From Chrysomallon squamiferum (lineage: Eukaryota > Animalia > Mollusca), in NCBI GenBank assembly GCA_012295275.1, contig CM022670.1, forward strand, positions 7,130,001 to 7,194,000: a DNA stretch of 64,000 nucleotides, read 5' to 3'. Shown here in pieces: positions 1-55,787 of this stretch. Numbering within the stretch: the first letter of the stretch is position 1; the number at the start of each line of letters is the position of its first letter. The notes under the pieces are model-generated. The model had not been told where the DNA came from, searched no databases, and saw only the letters and a program-made list of their open reading frames with translations. Made by a program: the position numbers and the translations under genes.

Positions 1-478
1 TCATTTTTTTTTATTTTTTTTATTTACATAATTTTTGTTTTTTTTTCTCTTTGGCTAATAGCTGGAATATGTTAGATATTTTGAGATTTGTTTTATTTTT
101 TTATTATATGTTAGGAGTATATGGTATTTTTAAATGATGTTAGATGGTTAAAAGAACTGTTATTACTGTATAGTTTGAACTTAGAATGGGATGCAGAGAT
201 ATTTAAATATTTTTTAGACCTTAAGCTTTTTAAATCAGTTTCATAATATTGTTTTCTTTTACTTCCGTCATTATTATTATTCTTTTTCTCTTATTTCTTT
301 CTTTCTCTCTCTCTCTGCTCTCTTCCATCTCTCTTTCTCCCTCTTTGCTTTTCTTTCTGTCTCTCTCCATTTCACATACTATATTTAGTATATTAAATAA
401 AAATATTTTACTTTACGTTACATTAATTTTCGTTTTGCCAAAGTATATTTTATGTACAATGTGTTATTTTATATTTAG

Positions 479-16021
<15,543 letters not shown>

Positions 16022-16027
<6 letters not shown>

Positions 16028-16720
16028 TGGTGTCGTCGTCTTGAGTTTTTAACAATAGTCTGATATTGTCATCTTGAGTTTTACAATATTCTGATGTCAT
16101 CATCTTGAATTTTACAATAGTCTGATGTCATCAACTTGAATTTTCAACAGTCTGATATCATCAAACTGAATTTTCAACAGTCTGTTATTTTCAACTTGAA
16201 TTTTCAACAGTCTGGCATCATCAGTTTGAGTTTCGAATTGTTTGTTACCATGAATTATCAACAGTTTGATAATATTAACACAAAACTATTACCAGTAGTC
16301 AGGTGTGAACAACATGAGATACAAATGGTCAGACAGTGTCAGTAGGAGTTACTCACAATCAGATATAATCAACATGAGTTTCAAATAGTCATATATTATC
16401 AACACGAGTTATCCATAGTCATATGTTATCAACATGAGTTACTGTAGTCATATATTATCAACACGAGTTATTCATAGTCATTTATATTATCAACATAAGT
16501 TACCAACAAGTGTTCAATGGTTGATATAATTTACATAAATCATTAAGGTAAACTCATTATCTTGACCTAGCAATGGCATAATGAACATCAGTTACAAACC
16601 ATTAATGTAAGTCAGCATGAGTTATTGTCAACAGTTGATATAATCAACAGTTTCCTTTATTCATCAACTTGAAGTACCAGCAAGTTATTATCATCAACAG
16701 GAGTTGATATTTTCATGAGA
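16022..16720 (+). repeat. Degenerate 30-31-bp tandem repeat (GTCTGATGTCATCAACTTGAATTTTCAACA) starting at the Pvr stop codon
   Basis: Clear units 16058-16230, progressively diverged copies to about 16720. Confidence 0.8.
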
Positions 16721-18247
16721 ATTATCAACAGGTGGTTTCAATATTGCTGCTTTGGTGATTCTAAAACTGTCTTGGTGTTGATGTCATCAATGTGTGTGTC
16801 AACAAGTTGATGTGATTGTTTTCACTGTTTGTTACGAAACCAGTTTTGGTTTGATTGATATGATCTTCTTTCACTGTGGATCTTTATTTTACCATTGTTA
16901 CATTGCTACAAAGAAACTTTGTACTTACCAAAGACATTTTTGTTTGTATTTAAAAACCACATCCTTTTTTTTCATATTGTTCATATAGTGTCTTCTTCAA
17001 TATGTATTTATTTGTTTAAATTTTGTATCCTGTATATTTTAAAAAAGAAAATTTTTAAATTTAATTTTTAGAAACTTTTTATAATGAAAAGATATAATTT
17101 TTGTCATAGAAAAATTCTATTAGTATTAGGTTCAAAAAAAAAAAAATTTTTTTTTTTTTTTTTTTTAAATGTTTTAGATTTTTTAATTTTCAGTAAAATT
17201 TGCTCACAGAAGTGGAATGAAGATATTTTTATCTTCCAGTTTCCAGTAAAATTTTATATACATTTAATTCACTTACACAATTTAGAATTTTTATTATTTT
17301 ATTGACAAGCTAAATTTTTATTATAATATAATTTTGAGAATTTGATTCTTCAAAATTATTTTCTCTGTATGTATCTGTATATAAATTTATTAATAATAAT
17401 AATAATAATAATGATAATAATAATAATAATAAAGATTAATAATAAGATTAATAATAAAAAATAATAATAATAATAAAAATAAAAATAATAATAATAATAA
17501 TAATATAATGATAAACATTAATAATAAGATTAATAATAAAATAATAATTTCAGCAATAATAATAATAATAATGTTTATCTGTATCATAATTATATATTTA
17601 ATATGTTTGTTTTAAAACATTAAGACAAGATGTTATGAATAATATTAAAGGTAACTGCTATGAATATTACAAACTGCTTGATTCAAATTAAATGTTATCA
17701 TTTACCTTTGAAGTTCATAAAATAACGTATTTCAATTTTTTAAATTGTTCAGAATTATTTTAATTATTATTATTATTATAATTTTTTTTTTTTTGTTCCT
17801 CATTTTATCCAGTGTTTTTTTTTTATTTATAAAATATATAATTATCTGAATCTCTGCATGGTTTGCATTTTTATATGATATTATTATTATTATTATTATT
17901 TTTTTTTTGATTTTAGATTATTTCTTTGTTTCATATATTAATGTTTTACAGTCTATTACAAATTTTCATTCATTTTGATATTCTGTGTGCACAATAATTT
18001 GATGAATGCTATTCTGGGGAAATATTTTAGAGCATCAACAGAAGTTTATATTTAATGGCATTATGATTAATTGAATGTTGTCATTAATAAATACATTTTC
18101 AACTTTTTGTTTTTATTAATAAATAGAAAAATTGTAAAAATATGTAAGTTGCAAAAATATTCTTACATAAATATTGAATTTTAATGCACTTAAAGGCCAA
18201 TATTAACTTATTATTATTTTTTTTATTATTATTATTACTGTTATTAC

Positions 18248-18320
<73 letters not shown>

Positions 18321-19294
18321 TAAACTCATTGTATAATAATATATATATCTGTTAAAATTCTCACTTGTTTTATTAATTTTGTACTCACATATACAGCACA
18401 AAATTATTTATTATTTGTTGTTGTTTTATAATTTTGTTTATAACTCATGTCCAACTTGTGGTGTATTAATATTATTATTCATGGCAATATGTCTGAAAAG
18501 GGTAAAAAATAGAAATAATATTAATAATAAAAATAAAAAATATAAAAAAGTGTGCGATCCTGTCAAATCTATGATGATTCAGTAATGTTGAACTGTAAAA
18601 ATGTAACAAACTGGATGTTAATTTTTACAGCTATAAAATAACTAACTAACTAACTAACTAATAAATAAATTAAAATAATTTTTAAATTTTTTTTTTTTTT
18701 TTTATTTGTTAATAAGCAGATAATTATTAAGTCAAATGAATAAGCATTTCATTATTAATAAGTGTTTCAAAAAATAGATTCAATGTTCAGATTAACACAG
18801 AAAATAGTATTTACTTGAGTTCTAATTTACAACAATTATTATACTATTTGTTTGTCACTTTAATTTTGTGTACTGTATCCACATATATTTATATATGTAT
18901 GTCATTGGGACGGGGTTTTGGGGGTTTTTTCTTGGTTTTTTTTTGGAAAATTGTTTGTTTATTCCTAGAATTTAAGAAAATTATTATAGTATTTTTTAAA
19001 TTATTTTTTATCATTATCACAGAAGTTGATTGAGAAAATTAATTCTGACAGTAAAAACATTCATAACTGAGTATTAAGTATATATTGATAGAAAAAAAAT
19101 GTTTGTAAGCTTGTTAATAAAATATAAACTAATAAAATAAATAAAACAAAAAATTTTTTTTTTTTTAACAAAAACATAAAAAAGGAAATGAAATAATAAT
19201 AATAATAATAATAAAAACAAAATATAAAAAATAAACCAAATAAATAAATAGAAAATAGGTAAAGGACCAAGTCATAATATTAGTCATAGGGCTG

Positions 19295-19420
19295 CCTTCA
19301 TCAGTATCTATGAGATTGAGAACATTAATATTTATGAGAGATGAGAACATTAATATTCATGAGAGATGAGAACATTAATATTTATGAGATGTAAGAACAT
19401 GGATATTTATGAAATAGGAG
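19295..19420 (+). repeat. About 25-bp tandem repeat GAGATGAGAACATTAATATTTATGA, about 4 copies
   Basis: Directly visible. Confidence 0.8.
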
Positions 19421-19690
19421 ATTATAAGGAATGTACAATTCATATTTGTATCTGCTCAAAACCTTTCAGTATATATTAATTCTGAAGTGTATATATCTAC
19501 TCATATATCTATGTCAGTGTAACAACAGGTGCTGTCAGACGAAGGTCATGTTAGGCGTGCTTTGACAAACAGAGACTTGCTATGTTCATCAGGCGTTTCA
19601 TTCTAGTCATCATTTACTGGTTTTGTGTAGAAAATAGTATTTATTGCTTTCACAGAGTAATTATAATAATAATTATTATTATTAAAATTT

Positions 19691-19750
<60 letters not shown>

Positions 19751-21491
19751 AAATATGTATGGAGTAGGGTCCATTTGTTGCCTTAAATATTTTGTTGTTT
19801 GATGCATAATATGTTTATAATATTTGCCATACAACTAGGTATTGTGAATTTTAAATTTTATTAAGTTTTTTGTTTTTTTTACATTAGATGATATAATGCA
19901 ATATAGAAAAGAAAAATGTTATAAAATTAAATAAGAATAACAGCATCCAAATGGTATAATTTTTTAATTATTAGAATTTTAGATTTTATTAATGTCAAAA
20001 AATTAAAACATATTTTTCAAATTAAATAACAAATTAAAATAAATATATATTTTTGAAAAAAGTTATTTATATAAACATTTATGGAATTTTATAAAAATAA
20101 ATATATATATTTAACAATTGGATGTCTTAAATTTTATATATATATATATGTGAAAGGTTTGAAAATAGATTAGTGATGTGCCTTAATGAAATCATTAAAA
20201 TTCTTAAATATTATTATTATAATTTCTTTTTTTTTCTTTTTTTTTTTTGTCATTTTACTAAATTAAACGGGTATAGAAACATTGTATTAACAAATATAAA
20301 AAAAAAAAATGTCATCATGCATTACCTATAGAAAGTATTCAACAACAAAATTCTAAGTTTTATTATTATTTTTAAGAAAATATCTCATTTTTATTCTTTA
20401 ATTTTTTTTTTTCATTATTTAAATTATATTTTAAAATTTTGAAATGTTTGAAATTTAAAACTGTAAAATATTCAAGTAGTCACTTTGTAGTGAGTTGTGA
20501 TTCTGAGTGTTCATCTGTCTGTCTTTTCAAATATGTCTGAAAAATCAGTAAACACTTTTTTAAAACTTCGATGAACAAATCATGTTCATGTTTTTTTTTT
20601 TTTTGTTGTATAAGATGTTTTCGTTATTTTATTCTAAATGCAAAATGCAGCATAACCCAGGTGCCTCAAAATAAAACAATATTAATTTAAAAATTTGTAT
20701 TAACATTAACATTTATATATATAGATAGACAGATAGATAGATGAATAGATAGATAGGTAGATAGATAGGTAGATAGATACAGATATATATAATGTATAAA
20801 ATATAGGATAAATATTAATTCGTTATATTATAAAATCAAATTGCAGAAACAAATCTTGTGCCTGATATAAACAAATTTTAAAACAATTTTTAAGACATGT
20901 AACATTTTAAAATTTATTATATATTAAATGCCTTCTACTTTTTTTTCTAAATATGGGTATTTGTTAACACTTTTATTTTATTTTAATTTTTAATTTTAAT
21001 AATAATATGTTTATACTGGGACTAAATGTTTTATTTAGTATAATATTTAGACATGTAGAAAATTAGTTTTTTTTTATTAAAATTAATATTTTTCAGTAAA
21101 TAAAGGTACAGTAGTTAGAAGAGAAAGGGTTAAACTTGTATCTGTTATGAATATAGACACAGGTAACTAAAAATTTATGTTACAGTCCCGTGAAATGCTT
21201 TGTTTGATTTTATTTTTTCAAATAATGCAAAATGTTGTAGAGAAATCGGAAGCTGTTATGTTGCCAAACATTAAAATACCAAAGTAATTTGTATTACGAT
21301 TGTAAAAATAAATACAAAAGTGACCTTTTTTCCTCTTATGTTGTAGATGTTTAGAAAATTATTTTGATAATGATTATTGTAGCATGCTGTAGTTACATTG
21401 TCATCTGATTTTGATTTTGTTGTCATTGTTTACACTGTCCTGTTTACTTGTTGACAGTAAACCACAAATGAGAATTAGAATACTGCAATTA

Positions 21492-21575
21492 CAGTGTAGG
21501 TGTTGTGAACAAAAAGCCTAAACAGACTGAGTATACTCAATCTATTTAGGCTATTTGTTCACAGTACGTACACTG
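21492..21575. mobile_element. 84-bp near-perfect palindrome, putative Tc1/mariner-type hairpin MITE
   Basis: Two 42-bp arms abut with no spacer, 6 mismatches; termini CAGTG...CACTG; flanked by TA on the left and TG on the right. Confidence 0.6.
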
Positions 21576-21765
21576 TGTAATTTACATACATACATATATT
21601 TCCATGTATTTTTTTTTTTTTTTTTTATGATGTAATTTTCATATCTTTCTTGGTTGTCACTTATATAAATCCCCAAACAATCACTGATTCTGTGATTTAA
21701 TCACTTGTTCACTCAATTTAATTTTCTAAATTTTATTATTTATTTATTAATTTTAATGTTTTTTT

Positions 21766-21813
<48 letters not shown>

Positions 21814-22463
21814 GTTGTGTACAGAAATCACTTGGTAAAACTGTAAGTTTTATTTTCTTTCTTTATTGACTAAAACACTTTATATTTTTTATTTTTTTTA
21901 TTTATTTATTTTTTTTTTAATTATTATTTTCATCTGATTAGCATTTCTGATATTTAATCTTAAAACAAAAACTATCAAACTTATCCTTCAACATCAAAGT
22001 GGCTTTTAAGTTCATCTTTCCACACTAACACAGTTTCACAGAGATAAAAAAAAACCTTGACCACTGAAACTAGTCACAAGGCTGTTACTTGACACTTCGT
22101 GTGTTTGAACCTAGGAAGACTGATTTTAATAGTTACTGCCACAGACACCTTAGACCAAAACTTAGTTCAGTATTTTCTGCTAAATCATGGAAGTATAATT
22201 ATATTTAGGCTGTTTGAAAAACAAATGTTTTCTGCTGGAATGAAATTTAATGACTGATAACGTTCTTTGTTTGTTAATAGTCTCTTCAGAAAAATCGTTA
22301 AGTTTCAGACCAAGTCAAAACATTTTTGTAAATTTGTAAGTCAACATTTGTAATGTTGTTGTTTACTTTTTTTTTTTTAAGTATCAATTTCTGAACATAT
22401 TTATAAGTGTCCTTAAATGTACTTGTGTAAAATGAACAAATGTTATAATATATACCAGATGTC

Positions 22464-22500
22464 AATAAACCATTGTAATGGTATCCTGTTGTTGTTTTTT
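22464..22500 (+). terminator. Putative Pvr polyadenylation signal with GU-rich downstream element
   Basis: AATAAA at 22464-22469 followed by TGTTGTTGTTTTTT; lies near where T-rich skew switches to A-rich; AATAAA is common here so the call is tentative. Confidence 0.5.
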
Positions 22501-22661
22501 CCCCTAGAAGACAGTGAATTTATACATGCAAGAAGCAGTATCCTGTTGTTGTTTTTTCCGCTAGAAAACAATGAATTTATACATGCAAGAAGCAGTATCC
22601 TGTTGTTGTTTTTCCCCTAGAAAACAGTGAATTTATACATGCAAGAAGCAGTATTCTGTTT
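22481..22661 (+). repeat. About 59-bp tandem repeat, 3 copies plus a partial
   Basis: GTATCCTGTTGTTGTTTTTCCCCTAGAAAACAGTGAATTTATACATGCAAGAAGCA repeated. Confidence 0.9.
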
Positions 22662-22884
22662 ATACTTTATAGATACATACATGTACACACACACACATTC
22701 ATTAATACTTGTTAGAACAAATCACTGAGTAAAATACACTATTCTGTCTTCAACATTTGATGCTGTGAAGTTCACTGTTTTCTAGATACTAATCTGATTG
22801 AAAACGCCAACTAGAGGCACCAAGGAGAGTTGAACCTGCAGACAGACACACCACACTACTGAAATATTGAGACACACAGTAAAT

Positions 22885-22928
22885 AAAAACACAACAAACA
22901 ACAATCTTTTAGCGGCTGGGTTTTTATT
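22885..22928 (-). terminator. Putative LMO7 polyadenylation signal with GU-rich downstream element
   Basis: Minus-strand AATAAA (plus TTTATT 22923-22928) followed about 20 nt later by GATTGTTGTTTGTTGTGTTTT. Confidence 0.5.
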
Positions 22929-23052
22929 TCCCACTTACACATGTCAGCATTTTGTTATATCATGTGATCTTGCACCAAAAATAGTAACTCTATAATACAG
23001 GCACTCATATTAAAAACACAAACAGGCAGTCTACAAGGTTACATCTCTGGTA

Positions 23053-23090
<38 letters not shown>

Positions 23091-23405
23091 ATAAGGCTGC
23101 TTGTGTGTAGCTACATACAAATCTAATAATGTACAGGTCTTGCAACACGCTGGTGTTCAGAATATCAGTATCTTGTTGGTCCACATTTACAGCAATTATA
23201 TACATTATTCAGTATTATATACTTGTGTGTTATATAACAAAGGTATCTCACATATACGTTTTTTATTATTTATGTTTTACTTTTTAATGTAAACACAGAA
23301 ATGCACGTATTGCAGATTAATAATTATAATAAATATATTAAATTTAAAAAAAATATATTTATAAAGAGTGAATTATAGTAAATGGTTTGCTCAGCAGAAA
23401 ACCAG

Positions 23406-23445
<40 letters not shown>

Positions 23446-24219
23446 TTGTCAAACAAAAATATGACATTTAAATAAAATATTACCAAAAACTAATAATAAT
23501 AAATTTTAAAATTTTAAATACCCAAATAAAGTAAAGAACTGGCCAAAAATATTACACATTTTATACGTTTTAAAAAGTTTTATATAATTTCTGACCTAAA
23601 TATTTTCTTTGATTCCAAAATTTATTATTACAATTATTATTATTATTATTATTAATCTTTTAAAATCTGGAAATCTCATATTCTTAGTTATTGGAATTTA
23701 TTTTACATCAAAGTATTGCATTCTTCGATTGGTCCCTCAAGAATAAAAACAAAAAGTCTATAGTAACATTCTGAACAACAAAAATGACAATGGAATTGTT
23801 TTCATTAAACAATAAATCTATAAATGCTTTGTTTTCAAAAACTTTATAAAATATAAATGTTTTAAAACTATTTACAACATGCATTGAAATAAGTCACAAT
23901 TTTCTTTTATAACAAAAACAAAATGCAAGAAATAAGAAAAATGTGTACTGAAAAGGAATTATGAAATACAGACACTGTTTTTAAAAAAAAAATTAATTAT
24001 ATTTTATCATTAATGAAAAAAAAAGTAAATAAAAGAAAATAACAAAAAAAGTTGCATGAATGAACTGGAAAAGTTAAGTATCTGAAGACAAGATTTATTT
24101 TCATCATTATAAAAAACTGGTAAACATATATTTATTTTTTTATAATTTGTACTGCTCTTGTACAGAAATAAAAAATAACACTAAAACAATTAACTCTAGT
24201 AATACAGTGAAAGAAATAT

Positions 24220-24485
24220 TAATGAAACAGTTTGAAAAGATAAAACAAAACAGATATGAAATAATAATTCTGAAGCAAAGATAAGAATGAAACAAAGAAT
24301 TCATATGAAACATATAGATATATCTGAAACAAAAATAAGAATGAAGCAGAATACATGTGAAACTTAGATACATTTGAAACAAAGAATACATATGAAACAT
24401 AGAGATATATTTGAAACAAATACAATGAAACAAACAGAATAGATATGAAACATATAGATACAATGAAACAAAGAGAGATATGAAG
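24220..24485 (+). repeat. Degenerate 17-19-bp tandem repeat built on TGAAACA(A/T)A
   Basis: Recurring ATGAAACAAAGA and GAAACATATAGATA units. Confidence 0.75.
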
Positions 24486-26557
24486 AACGTCAGACACACA
24501 GACAGACAGACAGCTAGTCCTGGTTTCTATTATGTCACAGCGTGGTACTCAGTATCACAGTCAAACACAACACATCCTTACTTTATACTGTGGTGACAAC
24601 ACCTTGCTGACAGCATCCATTTTTGTTTTAGTAGGAGTAACTCTTAGAGAAAGTGATCTCCCCTTAATTCAAAAATGTATTTGGTTACTAACAACTTTAA
24701 AATACATTCTATAACTGAAACAATTTTTGAGTGTGTTCTTTCACATGTAAGTATTTTAAAATCTTTACTTTCATTCCTGATTAACAATTTCAAATTTTTC
24801 TGGAAAGCTGTTTCAGTATTTAGCTTTACACCACAGTACATACCTTTCAGAGCTTATCTTTATAGAAATATGTTTAAGTAGAAATTTTCATCTTAATGAT
24901 AATTACATGAACTTGTAGAAAAAAAAAAAAAAAAAAAATCTACAAAGTCCAAATAAAAGAATGTTTTATATAAGAAAGGATTGTGCTAAATCGAAAAAGA
25001 AATCGTAAAATCTAGCAAGAATAGAGATTTATAGTGAACTAAGTGTGTGAGTGAGTAAGAACTAGAAGTGTGTGAGTAAGTAAGAAACAAAATGGTGGTT
25101 TGTTTTACATTAGACATAGTGAGAAGCTTGCACGCAACAGACACTTTCTTTATTTACAACCTACTAACGTTCTTTACTTTTAATACTACATCATCAAGTT
25201 AATTTATATTAGCAACAGCATTTTTATTTTTATTTTACCAAGTTAAAAATGTTTGATTTTGCAACATAATCTTATTTACAAACTGGTTAATATTTGCATC
25301 ACATAGCATTTTTCCTATTTAATATTGTTTACAAAAATCAAATGTTTACCAAGTATTGTTTACATGGTGTTTAACAAGTTAGTGTTGTTTACATTCTTAC
25401 CAGGTTTTAACATTGTTACATTGTGCAAATGTAATGTAATTTGCATATAGTATGGTTACAATTAACCAGAATTTGTTGTTTACCAAGTAAGTATTGTTTA
25501 CATTTAACCAATATTTGTTTACCAAATAAATACTGTTTACATTACATAATATTAAATAATAATTATTTCCCCACAAAGCAGTATTTTACCAAGTTAATAT
25601 TATTTACATTATTTTTTTTCTCTCACAATTTTACAATTTCTGAGAAATTTTTTAATGTCTTCATGATAATATTTGCACAATGAAACAATAAGGGTGACAT
25701 AAAAAATATATATACAATAAATATCTGTATGTATGCCCACGGAGAGTAAAACATTTTGTTTTTAGTAATGTTTACTATTACCTACACGAGTTATACAAAT
25801 ATATTTGGTTTATATCAAAATATATCAACTTATATCTGAATACAATTGTGTGTAATTGCAGTAGAATATATTTGAATATATTTGATACAAATATCAGTTA
25901 TTATATATATTATTAACTCTAATATATGTAATATACCTATTTTCTTTTTCACATATTTACATACAATTGGTCGTGTTTATGGAACATTCGATGCAAATTT
26001 TAATTTTTATTTTATTTTATTTATTTAAGCAAATGTGAAATCTTTAGATAACTGAAACCTGACAGTTAAAAAGAGAAGCTAAAACCTATTTCACATAGCA
26101 CTGGCATTTTTTTTTTTTTTTTTTTTTACACAGATCAACAACAAAAATGACAACAATAACAACAAATATCCATCAAAATATAAAAAAAAATTGTGTTAAA
26201 AAAAAGTAATAATAATAATATTAATAATTAGGTTAAAATATGTATATATGTAATTCTCTTTGACTATTTCAAGTTAGTATTTTATGTACATCAATTCAGA
26301 TCTGTATATTTTTCATATGGTGTAATCTACAGATATATAGAAAATAAGTTTATCATTAAAATCAATGTATGTTTGATATCCAGGATGTGCATGGCCATAT
26401 GTCAGTGCCATAATATTCATAATTAAAAAACAAACACAAATGTAAAAACAAAAAGTCCTGTCATAAAATATTGCTCATGGATACTGTACTGAACTATCCA
26501 TTTTAACTACAAGAAAACATTTTCACATTCCCAAAAATTCTTTTCTACTTACTTGTA

Positions 26558-26800
26558 ATCTGTCATAATAGGACAAAATATCTTACATTTTAAAATAGGA
26601 TATATTCTGTTACACGTAAAAGATTCCTACAACTGTAAAATAAAATTGTCCTATTATTTCATAACAGGGATACATATCCTACTTTCAGAAATAGGATCAT
26701 CCTGTTATAACAGGGATTGATATCCTACTTTCTGAAACAGGATTTACCCCCCATGACATCAGAATTATAAACTTTATATCCTACTTTGGCAGATAGGAAT
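26558..26800. repeat. Degenerate about 46-bp repeat of paired short inverted repeats
   Basis: ATCCTACTTT-n-ATAGGAT about 4 times, CCTGTTATAACAGG palindrome at 26701-26714. Confidence 0.65.
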
Positions 26801-28110
26801 ACCTTGTATTATATTAACATTGTTACACTGGTACATGTTTGATACACAAGTTATGTAACAACTATAAACTAACAATGTATCTCATAACAACAGCATCTTA
26901 TGCCATAACTCACATTTTATAAAATATTTATTTAACAAAAACTCTTTATTAAGTACAGCAAGGTACAAACCAAAATGGTCAATTTTAAACAAGTTTTGTT
27001 TCTGATCACAACCTAGAATCGTATTTTGATTCACACTTTTTTTTTTCAAAATGGATCAAATCACAACATTTTATGAATCATTTGATTCACATCATTCTTT
27101 AAATCCTTTCAATCAAACAGTGACAATCAAATTTCTTTTCTAAACAGCTGAAACAGTTTCCATTTAGAATCTAATAAACATTTTTTTTTTTTTTTCAAAG
27201 CTTCGTTAAAAGCAATTACAAGTACTGCAAGATTTTACCATTTCTCTAATTCCAGCACAAACCAAATTCTTCAATTTCTGAACAACATTTGAGATGTTTT
27301 CACAAACCATTTCTGACATTTTCAATTTTTGTTCTTCTGCAGAACAACAACCCAGTAATTCATTGTGTATCACAACACAGTTTGATATTAATGTTGGTAA
27401 ACTTGCTTCTATGTGAAAACTAAGTAACCAGTGTAAAAAAAAAGACAACATAAAATGTCCTCTTCTTATTATTATTTGTGAAAATCTTTCAAAACAATTC
27501 TGTTGTTCTTCATCGAGGAGTGAAATTTGCAATCACAAATACTTTGTATTATACTTCTTACGTGGAAGTAAATTAATTAATATTTCAAATGGAAAACAAA
27601 AAAATCTTATTAAGGTCTTTCATGGAAGGAAAAATGCAGTCTTTATACAAGTATAAATCCACATCAAATACGACAGTTACAAAAACTGGCAGTCTCTCAA
27701 AACACATTATAACTACACATTGGTCCTTAATCATACTTCTTTGTTTATGCATCCAACACATTTCTACTGCATTAAAATGTCTTCCTACACTGAATTCAAA
27801 GCCAGACACTATTGCAAGTCAGACATTATTTCCTTCTACTGAAACAGTAACTTTTCTACTGTGCCCTCCACTAACATCTTGTAGAAAATCTTCTAAAACA
27901 TGTTTAATCCAAAAAAAAAAAAAATATATATATATATATTGTTGCATATGTAATGTTTACTCTGCTGTCCAGTTTCCGAGCATTAGCAAGTTCTTCGGTG
28001 TGTTGCCATGGTAACCAGAGAAGGTATCTAAAACTATGTGACCATGGCAAACAGAGACAGCAGCCATTTAAGTTTATTGCAGATCCGTGTTTGAGTTCTG
28101 TTGATGGTTA

Positions 28111-55787
<27,677 letters not shown>

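Noticed and set aside
22481-22661. 59-bp units as tandem 30-nt exons (cctag|AAGACA...GCA|gtatcc)
   Set aside because: Intervening segments would be about 29 nt, too short for introns, and the site is kilobases downstream of the stop.
27206-28014. 108-141-aa ORFs as an independent gene
   Set aside because: They lie within the inferred LMO7 3'UTR, with no domain features or splice structure.
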